This document shows positions 15,001 to 27,000 of a stretch of 64,000 nucleotides of DNA, piece by piece. The stretch is from an uncultured Planctomycetia bacterium (GTDB lineage: Bacteria > Omnitrophota > Gorgyraeia > Tantalellales > Tantalellaceae). Where the stretch lies: assembly GCA_964565425.1 (NCBI GenBank), contig CAZMEZ010000002.1:13953-77952 (forward strand), given 5' to 3'. Position numbers and translations under genes: made by a program. Every line of letters begins with the position of its first letter. Position 1 is the first letter of the stretch. The notes under the pieces were generated by a model. It had not been told where the DNA came from. It was given only the letters and a program-made list of their open reading frames with translations, and did no database searches.

Positions 15001-18000
15001 TATCATGCCGCGGGCAGAGAACATGAATACCGCGCCGAAGAAAAGAAGAGGCTCGGCGATCTCGCGGACCTCAGCGTCCGGTACTGGGAAAGCGCCGCCA
15101 GGCATGAACAGCTCAGGCTCAAGCATGAGCTCGCGGTCAAGGCCTATAATGACGGGCTGGAGGAAAGAAAGGCCGGTCTTATGACCGAGAGCCAGATACG
15201 CGACCTGAGGAACTACCGGGACCAGATAAAAGGCGAGATGGACGCGGAAGCCGTCGAGATGGAAAAGATGGAAAAGCAGTTCAGGGTGCGTTTCGGCCTT
15301 GCCGCTCCCGACAGGAATTTCCTGAGGAACTTCGGTTCCACGCTCGCGCCGCTCGCGATCGATAAGATACTGGAGATGGTATCGAACGCCGGAAGTGACC
15401 TGGAATTCTCGCAGAATGACGAACTTCGCGCTCTCGAGGAATATATCAAGAGCAGCAGGGAAAAACAGAGCACCGCGCTTCACGCGCTTTCGAACATAAA
15501 GCTCGGCGTGCGTTTTCTCGACAGCGAGCTTACGACCGAGCCCGTGGACGCCTACATGCCGACGCTTACGTTCGTGTTGTACGGTTCGAACTGGACGTAT
15601 TCCCTGGAGAGAGCGCGCAGCGAGCACGTCCAGAATATTTACAACCTGGACCGGCGCCGGAAAGACCTCTTGGTGAGGTACGATACGAGGATAGCCGAAC
15701 TGGAATCGACGGCCGAGATGCTTAAGCTCGAGATGAAGAACCTCACGGACGTGAGCGGGAGCATGCAGCGGGAATACGAAGAGATAATGTCGGATTACAG
15801 GGCCCGGAGGATAAGCTTCCAGACGATGAAAACGCGTCTCCAGAACATAGACAGGAGCCGTTACGCGGCGAGCCTGGCGGCTTTTACGGGCGCTTATAAC
15901 AGGTTTATAACGATTGCGGGACAGCTCGGCGCGAAGATGCCCGAACTCGCGGCGGGAGCCGTAGCCGGTCCGGCGGAAGAGAAAAAAGAAGCCCCCAGGG
16001 CGGCAGAAAAGGCCGGTGAGCCCGTCTTTACGGCGGACAATATTCCGGCCAGATCCGAGTTCGAAAAGGGCATGAAGAGACGGACCGGATGGAGATGGGG
16101 CGATTACTGGGACAGCTACTGCGCCAGGCATAGCGAGGAGGAGATCAAGGTGTTCCTCAAGCGGCACGAACTTGAGCCTTCCCAGACCAACAAGGCGGGA
16201 TTCCGGGCCTTCCAGGAGGCGCTCGAGGAACTGTCCTCGAGGAGAGGGCATATCTTCGGTCCGGGCGGAGTTATCGAGCGGCTTTATGAACCGGGCCGCA
16301 TAGGAGACCTTTCGCTGATCGAACTGCCGCAGCTGCGCAAGGTCTACTGGGAAAGATTCTGGATAGTGCAGGAGAAGGCCGTGATACCGTTCCTGGAAAA
16401 GAAACTGAAATACAAGCCGGATACGGATAACGATTTTGCCCTGCTGATGGCCTGGACCGATCATGTAATGGGCAACGGCAGGGACGCGACGGAAATGAGG
16501 GTGTTCCTAAAGTCATCCATCGCCGAAGGCGATCTTGTCAACGCGGCTACCGCCAAATTGACGTCATTGAGCGAAGAGGATTACGGAAAGGTCGCGGCCA
16601 GGATGGCCGAAGAGGCGTTCCTGGTGACGGCCGACGAGCTTCAGGGCAGGGTCGAAACGATGGACACCGGCGTGGACAGTTTCAGGGAGCTCATGGCCTC
16701 GTTCCAGGAATGGACGGGCAGGTTCCTCGCCGAAGACATAAGATACGGCAACGAGGCCGACAGGTGGACGCTTTACCGCGTCGCGATACTCTCCCTCAGG
16801 GCCGGGGGCAGGGAGGAATTCCATCCGGACATGGCCCTAATGGAGCTTATAAAGAGCGTTTCCGGCGAGTTCTTCAACATAGAGCGGATGAAGGCGGAGG
16901 ACGCCATGAGGATGCCGGGCGCCGCAACGCTGAGGAAACTGTCGGACCTTATACACGAGCGCAAGGCCAGGGGAGAGGATACTACGGCCCTGGAAGTCGT
17001 CTTTAACGTGCACATGAGGGCCTTCAAGAGAGGGAAGAAGATAAACACGTGCTACGATTTCGCGAGATGGATAAGACGTGAGATCGACAATACCCAGAGG
17101 TGGCTGGACGAACATTACTCGGAATTGCCTAAGGAAAAGCGCCTCGAGCAGGCCATAAAGGACAGGGCCGCCAAAAAGGACTTTTATGTCCCGATGCTTA
17201 TCGTGTATCTTGCCGAAGCCAGGGCGGAAATACCCGGAATGGACGACCTGCTGAAGCCCGAGAACAGCAAGGTCCTGGAGAGCATGATGAAGTCCTATTT
17301 CGAGGACATGAAATACATACTGGACAACTACAGGGACTATTTCGCCGCCGGGGGGCATATAAGCGTTTATGATACGAATAACCCGGTCCTCCTGGAGGCG
17401 GCGAAGAAATGGGTGAGGTTCTACCGCGAGAACTTCGGCGCGAGGGACGAGTTCAAGGCGTTCATGGAAGGGCCGTACAGGGACCTGGTGACCAACGAGG
17501 ACGTCAAGGAATTCCTGCAGGAGGCCGCGGGCGTGGAGAACGTCGAAAGCCTCATGAGCGAGGACATGATGGTCCACGGCGGTTACCTGGCCAGGATACT
17601 CCAGAAGTACCATATCGACCCCAGGGACAAGAAAGCGGTCAGGAATTTCTGCGACCTGGCGCGCTACGTTTTCAAGGAGAACGAGTCGCTGGTCAAGTTC
17701 GAGGTGAGCGAGGGCAAGGAGACGATCAAGTATTTCATAGGCCTCGGCGAGATCATGGGGACGCTGGACTCGGTCGCCAGAAGGTCGTCCAGGACGCTCA
17801 CCGATGTCGTGAAGGACGACGCGCTGATGCCGGATATAAAGAAGCTTCTCAAGAAATACGGGTTCGAATACGTGGAGATATCGCGGCTGGTGAGACAGAC
17901 CGAAGGCCTGTTCAAAGGCAAACTGCCGTCGGGTGAAGTGGTGATGATAACGGCGCCTATAGTGGACGCGAAATTCAACGAAATAGGGACGTCGATATCG

Positions 18001-21000
18001 ATAAAGGACAGGGATAACAGGAACCTGGTCACGTTCACCAGGGTGCATGTCCAGGACAGGATACCCGAGGGTTACGCGAGAGATCTCCAGAAGAGGGAGA
18101 TCCTGGTTTACAGGATGGATTCGGCGTATCCGCAGGAGATCTTCCGCCTGCCCCGCGAGATCAAGGACGGCGACGCATTCACGCTGGACAGCCTGGTGGG
18201 CGCCTTCAAGATCGGTAACGTCACGTTCGAGGACGACGGAAAAGGCGGCAGGCTGATGGTCAAGACCTACCTGGAGGGTTACAGGGACGGCCAGAACAAT
18301 GTCGTGGTCAAGATAGGCCGGTCGGGTTACGGTAACACGGTATACGAAGAGAAGATAATCGGCGAGAAGAGGCAGAAAATATATTACGAGTATTATCCGA
18401 ACGGCAGCCTCAAAAGCGTGAGGTACGAGGGTATAGCTTACAGGCCGGATTCGTTCGCGGACAGGAAGGCTTATCTTTTCGCCGAGCAGCACGGTTTTAT
18501 AGTGTACACGGAATACGAGCCTTCGGGCGATCCGCTGGTGAACGGGGCGCCCGGAATGATAAGGTTCGGGGACGGGACGGTCTCCCTGTACGAGAACGGG
18601 CACGTAAAACGGATAGTTTTCGGCAGGCCCCACAGGCCGATCGATGATCCCGTTGATCACGCGTTCGCCGAGCAGCACGGTTTCATCACCGAAAAGGTCT
18701 ATGACGGTTCGGCGGAGGAAAAGGATGTCCTGACCAGGTACAAGGACGGTTCCGAGCGAAGATACGCCACGGCCGATAACCTGGCCGCGGTCAGGGATGA
18801 ACGGCGCGGGATAATGACGGCCAGGGCCGTTGATCCAATAGCGCCCGGCAACCTCGTGGAAGCGGTTTTCGGCGAGAACCCGCACGCTTTTACGAGGCGC
18901 GACGACGTCCTGAAGGCGATGGAACCGCTGCGTTCGGAGGAGAAAGGCGAACAGTTCTTCAGGATAAGGGGCGAGCAGGGCAGAAGGTACTGGACGCGCA
19001 TCAGGGAACTTCTCGCGAAAATAGAACTTACCCTCCGGGAGAAAGAATATACGGATGAAAGCCGCGAGACGGTAAAGGCCTTTATAGACGAACTCGAGGA
19101 CCTCCAGTCCGTGCTTAACGATGATCACCTGGAAAAGTTGCTCCTGCTGCTTAAGGATTATCATTTCGCGAAGGCCCACGGGTTCATCAAACGTGTAGTG
19201 TACGAAGGCACCCGCCTGGACGAAAGATCCAACGGCGGACGGCCCCTGAGGATAGAATACGCGGACGGGACCTGGATAAGGTTCGATTACAGCGCCCGCC
19301 CCGGAGACCTTAACGCGATAGAGAAGGATATATACGCGAATAACGCGAACTGTTACCTCAAGGTCGTCAGGGAAAAGGGCAAGGAAGAGATCAGGTATAT
19401 ATACATAAGCAAGGACCCGCGTCATCTCAGGGACGACCATCTTATTTATGTGGGATACGTCGACCCGTTCATCGATAGCCGCTTCGCCAAAGTGCACGGC
19501 GGAGTGACGGCCATCATTTATGACGGCTCCTCCAAGAACGGCGGGAATATACTGAAGAAATACTATAAGGACGGGTCGCGCGAGGAGTTCGAGTACAAGC
19601 CGCTCGGGATGTACACTAAGACCCTTTACGAGATGACCTACGTCAAGGGGATAAAGAGGGAAGTGAAGAAGGTTTTCGAATATGACGCCAAAGACCGCCT
19701 GGTCAGGATAATCTATTACAGTAAGGACGAACAGAATATCGAGGATTACAGGGACGAGTTCTATTATGACAAGGGTTACATTTTCGCCCACAGGGGGATA
19801 GGAAGACCGATACCCGGCAACATTATAGTGATCGAGACCGGTGATACCGGCGTGCCGGCGGAGAACGGCAGGATAAGCGTTTATACGGACAGCCGCGTCA
19901 GCATAAAGAACGCGGAAGCGTTCAAGGAGGCAGGCCGTCCGCAGTTCGTGTTCGATTTCAACCAGGCGATAGAGGATCTCGCGGCGCGGGGCGGGCTTAA
20001 CGGGATATTGACGGACCGGGACAAAGCCCATGACGGGGCCATATGGGGCCGGGATCCTTCCGGATCGCGCATGCTGGAAAAAGCGGTATGGCACGAGGAC
20101 GTCCTCGGGACACTGTCCACGATACTTTCCGAAGAAAGGTTTGACAGCGTGTTCGGCCGGATATCCGGCGTATGGGAAGCCGCTGTTTTAAGGGACGGCA
20201 GGTGGGCGCTTGAATACAAGAATGACAAGCAGAAGATAGCTTCGCACAAGCTTGTCGCCGACGGCATATACGCCGAGATGGCGAAGTTCCAGTCCGTCCT
20301 GGAGGATCTCGAGGGTAAAGGCGAACGGATGGACCATTTCAGGTTCGAGTGCTGGCAGAGGATACTGGTCCTCAAGATAAAAGCGTGGGAACGCCTTGCT
20401 TACAGGGAACTCGTGCTCGAGGCCGAAAAGCCGGGAACATGGATGGACGAAAGGACCGGGGTCAGGTGGTTCAGGAACGTAGTGCTTTCCTTCAGCCGGA
20501 GGAACGGCTGGGATATAGTGTACGAAGCGGTATCCGGGGTAAAGGACGCTGAGGTGACACGGGTCCGGACGGTGAACGTGGACGGCGAAGAAAGACCGGC
20601 GGAGAACGAGATAGAAAATATGAGGATAGGAGGAGAGGAACACACCATAACCGTGGACATGGAAAGAGCCGGCACGCTGGATATGAGCCGCGCTTCTCTC
20701 AGGTTCCTCGTGAACACGAATAAAGGCGCGTGGCCCGAGATCTCCATAACGGCGGTCGACGGGGAAGGGCGCGAAAGGACAATGAACGTTCCGGCCGATA
20801 TAGTGAAGCCGGAAGACCACAGGGATTACCAGATCGTGGAATTCACGCCCGCGCCCGGCAACATGAGCGATTACACGGGCGATGAGGATTTTGACGCCTC
20901 CGGCGTGAGGTCCATCAGTATAGTTTTCAAGAAGACCAGCGCGAAGGGAGAGATCGGCATCCGCGATATAACGATAGAAAGACAGGGGCCGGCCGTAGAC

Positions 21001-24000
21001 GCCAAAAAGGCGGCGGGATCCGTGGATGTCAAGGTAAGCAGGGACGAATGGACAGCCGCCTATGACATGGACGGTTACATGTATTACGACCTGAGCGAGC
21101 GGGGAGAGTCGATAAACAGAGAGGGCGCCGCTATAAGGATCGAAGCCGCCCTGCCGAAGAAACTCGCGCGTCCCGGCACGATAGCGCGCGTCGAACTTAT
21201 CGATAGCCAGGGCAGGCCCAGGAGCGTCAATGTAAAGGTCGGCGCGGACAACGTCATAAGGGCCGAGATCGAAGCGGTATCCAGGAGCGATTTTGATCCG
21301 GGAAAAATACTCATGCTCAGGGTGAAGACCGATCTCGCCCAACAGGCGGCCAGGCCTTCGATCCTGGGCAAGCTGCTGGTGGGTCTGGCACTCCTTCTGC
21401 TGCCGGCGTATATATTCCGCAAGAAACTCGATGAATGGCTCAGGAAAAAAGTGTATCCGCGCTTTTCGAAAGACAAGAAGGACCCGGGCGAAAAGGTCAT
21501 AACGCACGCGAAAGTAAATAAATATATACGCGAACACCTGCCGGCGGTCCTCAAGGAGGCGAAGACCCCCGAAGAAACGCTCAGGGTCCTGGAGGAGCAT
21601 TATGAAGTATTGGCCAGTCAGAAGTACAGCCATGGCCGAAAGCACATAAGCGCGCGTTTCATACCGATAAAGGGACTTTTCAGGGAGACCGGCATCCAGG
21701 CCCATATAGGGCTGGGACGCGTCTATGGCGAACCGATAGTTTATATCGACGATTCCGGGATAAGCTACGAAAATATTCGCGAACATGAGTTCTACGAGAT
21801 CATGAAATGGGAAGAGAAGCGTCGGGAGCTCGGTCTTTCGCGCGCCCAGATGAGGATATGGATACTCGATAATATCGCGGAAGCCCGCGAATTCGGGCTT
21901 AAGATACACAATGAGAGCCAAGAACAGAACGCCGTGGCGCAAAAGGTGTCGGATGTCATATCTTACGGGAAGGACGTAGATTTTATCATAGCGGCCGGGC
22001 CGGACGGTGACGAGAGCGCGGACAAGGGCGCATCGCCGAAAAAGGAAAGGGCGCCGGCGAAAGGCGAAGCGCTCTCCAAGCGGGACGCGGTCCTGAACGC
22101 GGGATCCAAGGAGGCGGCGCTCAAAGCCATAGGCGTTCCCGAGAATCACTTCCATAAGAGGGATATTTCCCGCTTGCTCCGGGACAAGCAGGAGGTTGGC
22201 AAGAAAGGACGCGAGCACGGCATAACGCTCCGCGAGCTGCAGGAAAGGATAATCTTTATAAACGACGAGCTCGGCATAGATATACTTAACGGCACAGGTC
22301 TTACGCTTCTTAACAGGCCCATAAGCACCCTCAAGCAGAAGGCCGAGATCATAAGGGCCAATGACGATCTTCCGTCGGAATATCAACTGAAGATGACGAT
22401 CAAAAGAATGACGACCAGCCCCGAGAAACTGAGGGCCGAAATACAGGCCCTGCGCGACAAATACGGCATGGAACATCCTGCCGCGGAAAAAGAAGAAGTT
22501 GCGCCGGCGGATGACGAGGAAAAACCGTTGGTCTGGGCTTCGGAGTTCGAGAAACAGATGGCCGAAGGCGAAGAGGCCCGCGGCTCGGAAGAACCCGCGG
22601 AAGAGCCTGCCGAAGAACCGGCGGAACCCGCTGAAAAGATGACCAGGGAAGAGGCCCTGGAGACACTCGCCGGCGCGGTGGAGACCGTGAACCGCGCTAT
22701 CGGTAAGATGAAGGCCGTCCTGGACGCGGTGGAATGGAGAGAGGCAGAGGTTCATAAGGGATCGGACGAGACCGCGGAGGAAATAGAGGACGACAAGGCC
22801 GAGACGCTCAGGTATCTATGCGACAGCGTGGAAAAGGAGGTCCGTGAACTTCTGGAGCCGCGCAATAATAAGGAAGTGGCAGGCGAGCTCGAAGAATCCG
22901 AAAAGAAGATAAAGGCCGCGGCCGCCGTCCTGGGCGAAGAGGACCCCCGAGTGATAAAAGCCGTCGAACGGCTGGACCTGGCGCTCGGGAAGAATGATTC
23001 GCTGAAGAACCTTATCGAAAACCTTCTTGAATCCATCAGCCGGGTCAGGGCGCTCAGGGGCCTTGACGATACGGAAAAACGCAGGGCGGAAGAAGAGTTC
23101 TCCGGAAAGGCCAACGAGGCGATAGGCGCCCTCGACGGCCTGATCGACGAGCTCCAGGCGATAATAAGGTCCGCCGGTGACGAAGACGGGAATGTGGACG
23201 AGGTGATGGCGGGTCTGCCGGAAGAGGCCACTGATCAGGATATCCTGAACGCTCTTTCGGGCAGGCTCAATGATATAGAAAAGAGGGTAAATGGCCTTTC
23301 GGACGGGAACGGCGCCTGCAGGGCCGATATAGACGGGATAGGCGCCCTGCTTGACGGGATGAAAGCGGACTGGGAAGGGCATGACCTTTTCAGGGAGGCC
23401 GTGGAGAAGCTCGGCAAGGCGCGTGAACACGACCGGTCGGCCGGCGAGAACATACAAAATGTCCTCGAGAAAATAGAAGCCGGCCGCCTGCGCATAGCGG
23501 AAGAGATACTGCGCGCCGCCGAAAGGCGCGAAAATGCCCGGAAGAGGGACGCGTTCCGCGAAGACATGGAAGGCAGGATCGGCAGGCTGGACGAGATGAT
23601 CGAAGAGATAAGGGGTATTGCCGAAACGGCTATAGAGAAGGAATCCGCGGTCAAGGACATGGTGGACGGGCTTGAAGAGAAAGAGCTTACGGAAAGCGGG
23701 ATCCACGCCATCATAAAGCGGGTCGCGACAGCGGATGCCGATGTGAAACGCCTCAAAGAAAGGAACGGCGCGCTCGCCGGCGAACTTAAAGGCATAGAGG
23801 GCGGGCTAAAGGCGCTCGAAGCTTCCGAATTCGCGGATGACGATACGTTCAAACTCGCGAAGGATAGACTCGAGGACGCCCGCAGTTACAGCCGCACCGC
23901 CGAAGAGGAAGCGCGGCAGGCGCTGGAGACCATCGAAGCGGCCCTAAAACGCCTTACCGACGAGCTTCTCAGGGCGACGGGCAGACGCGAAAAAGCCGAG

Positions 24001-27000
24001 AGAGAGGTTGCCGAAGAGAACGAACGGACGTTCCTGGAGAGGATCAACGCCGATATCGGCAATCTTGACGGGATACTGGATGAGATTGAAAGCATCATCT
24101 CGGAAGCGGAAGGGAGAAAGTCCGATGTGGAAAATATCATGGCAGGTATCCCCGAAGAAGGCCTGGACAGGGACGGGGTAAGGGAAGTGTCAAGCCGCCT
24201 GACGGCCGTGGAAAGGAACGTGAACACCATCAGCCGCAGGAACGATATCCTCGGCCGGGACATAAACGGGATAGGCGAAAGATTGAAAGGGATGGAGGAT
24301 ACCGAATGGGCGGAACATGGTTCCTTCAAAGAGGCGACAGGGAAGCTTGCCGCCGCAAGAGAAAAGAACGCCATTGCCGTTGAACGCATCGAAGAGGTCC
24401 TCGGCATGATAAGGGATGCCAGGGTGACGCGCCTGGCGGATGAACTGCGCAGGGCGGTCGAGAGGGAAGAGGCGGACAAAGAGGACGAAGGCCTGCTGCC
24501 CGAGATGGCCCCGGAGATCGAAGATATACTTGCCGTGGGCGAAGAGCCCGAAAAGGTGGAGCCTGAGATAATCGGTCCGGAGGAGACGGAAGAAACGGAA
24601 GAAGCGCCCGAAGAACCCGCGGAACCGGCGTCGGAAGGACCCGGAGAACCCGGAGAACCGGGCGATGTTGAATTGGCCGGGGAGCCGGAAGAGCCCGAAA
24701 CGCCCGAAACGCCCGCGGAGAGATTCGAAAGAGAGATCAGGGAAGCGGAAGATATAATGAAGAAACTCCGCGCGATGGCGGGGCCGATCAACGGGTGGCT
24801 TAAGGGTCTTGGCGTGGACTTCATGACCAAGGAAGCGGAAGAGACCCTTGAGAAGGATAAGGAGATCTTCATGCCGAGACTGAGGTTCCTCGAGGCATGG
24901 GTCTTCTTCGACACCAAGAAGGCTACGAAGTATCCTTTGACCAATCTGGTGAGGTCCGTCGTGCTCGTCGCTCTTATGGGGGCGTCGCTTATGGCTCCCA
25001 ACGTCGCGGGCCTTATAAATGTTTTTCCTTACGTAGCCATGGCGGTGATCATGTTTTTAAGCCTGAAGACCGCGAGGGAAAAAGCGGGGTATGGGTTCCT
25101 TTCCGGCGGTATTATTTTCCTCGCGCAGCAGTTATTGTCTCTTGTGGTACCCATGGGAGCCGTGAGCCTGGGTCTTCTTGCCGTTATACTATTCTTTTAC
25201 AGCGCGTTTCCGGTTGGCAAGTATCTATTGGCCATATCCGGCACGGATAAGCACGGTAACGGGCAGCCGTATAACTACCTGAGGAACCAGGTGGGGCAGA
25301 TCAAGAAAGCGGACATGATACTCAGGGATATCCAGGAAAAGATACAGGACAGGCCGGAACTCAGGGACTGGGTCTGGGATGACGAAAGGCCTATCCGTTC
25401 GAGAGATATACGCCCCAAAGACGAGGTTTTGCAGCAAACAGTAGACGGCAGGTATTTCGAAGGAGGCATCACCGGGAAGACCGAAACATTCGGCAATGTC
25501 ATCTACGCGGCAAGAGAAGAGCTCAGGGAATTAATAGAAAAGGGAGAAGAAGAGCTCGAAACAAGACGACCGGTCAACGTGGTCAGCAAGGTGCTGATGA
25601 TCACATCCGTATTGGGACTGGCCGTAACGGGTCTTGTCATGTGGTCGCTGGGCCTTTTTGCCTTTACCCCGGCCGCTATTTTCGCTGCCCTGTCCGGCAT
25701 AATGGCCGTTCTCATAACAAGCGCCTTTATCTCAAGGAGCGTACTGGGCGGTAAATTGCTCATTGACATACCGGCTAACATGAAATGTCTCAACAGGAGC
25801 AGTTCGACGGCGATGCTGCGCCAGGTCTTCAGGGCGCGCCCGGACGCCGAGGGTAAGCTGGGCAAGCAGCTCAAGATATGGGATATCTGGAGGCACCTGA
25901 CCCAGTTGGCCGCCAACAAGAGCGTTTCCGTGCTTGAAGGAAAGACAAGGGAAGAGGTCAACGCCAAGTTCGCCAGGGGCATGGAAGACCTGGTGGATTC
26001 GGCCATAGCGCGCGGCGATAAGGACAGCATGGGCCTTACCAAAGCGGAAGGCATATTGCCCAAGATCAAAATGATCGGGGGAACGGTCCTTTTCCTCACC
26101 ATAGTGATGGGATTAGCGTACGCGGCAAGCGTAGCGCTTTTTGCCGGGTCCGCCTGGATATATAACCTGCTTGCCTTCGGTAAAGACCTTACGTGGGGAG
26201 AACTTTTCAGGCATCCTTTTGCCGTGGTAAAAATGGCGCAGAACCTCCCGTGGCTGACCGTGCTTCTCAAGACGGCGCTCTTTGCCGGTCCGGGCGCCGT
26301 GCTGATGTACATGGGCGGACACCTCAGAGGCGATGCCGTCGGCAGGATATTAAAGAATATCGGGCTTATCGGCGTTATCGCCGGGGCTGTAGCGGGCGTA
26401 TCGCAGGTAATGGCGGTCATACCTTTCGCGACGGTGGGCATGGCGGTGGCGCAGTTCGTGGTCGGCAGCGTTATATTCGGGAGTCTCTGGATATTCGCCC
26501 TGAAATTCATGGCCTATTACATAGGTGTTTACACGAAACTGCATCCCGACGAAAAGAAGGTAAGCGTGTGGGACGTCGTCAAGAACGCCGGCGCCGCCGC
26601 GGTCTCCATGGGGCTGTTGGTGATAGTTCCCAGGGTGGCCGGCGTAGGCATCGGTTCATTGCTGGCCCAGGTCCTGAACACCGCTTTCTGGGGCACCAGC
26701 CTGGGGATGGCGCTGAACGTGGCTCTTGTGTTCGCGGCCGCGTATTTCGCCGTAAAAACAGCGGCGATGCTGATCGCGAGGAACAGGTTCAAGAGCATAA
26801 GCGTCGAGAATAAGCTCAAGAAGGAAAGATCCGCGGCCGCGATCCCGGAGACGTTCATCTGCGGCCACAGGTATACCCATGAAGAACTTGACGTTATAGT
26901 GAAGGCCAACCGTGTCGGGAAAGAGGGCCTCGAGCAGCATGAAAGGATGATGTACGAGGGCATGATGGGGCAGGGGGATACGCCTTCGGGAACGGAATAT

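Noticed and set aside
16837-20094. Minus-strand ORF of 1,085 aa, and many other long minus-strand ORFs (e.g. 20188-22755 855 aa, 5089-6972 627 aa, 11044-12801 585 aa, 3553-5070 505 aa, 14992-16464 490 aa, 52290-53663 457 aa, 57339-58613 424 aa)
   Set aside because: All lie wholly antisense within the giant plus-strand ORFs. Their translations are low-complexity and rich in R/P/G/H with no recognisable motifs. High GC suppresses stop codons on the opposite strand, so these are expected artefacts.
21480-21850. HEFYE motif in ORF1 as a metalloprotease site
   Set aside because: It is HExxE, not HExxH, and has no supporting context.
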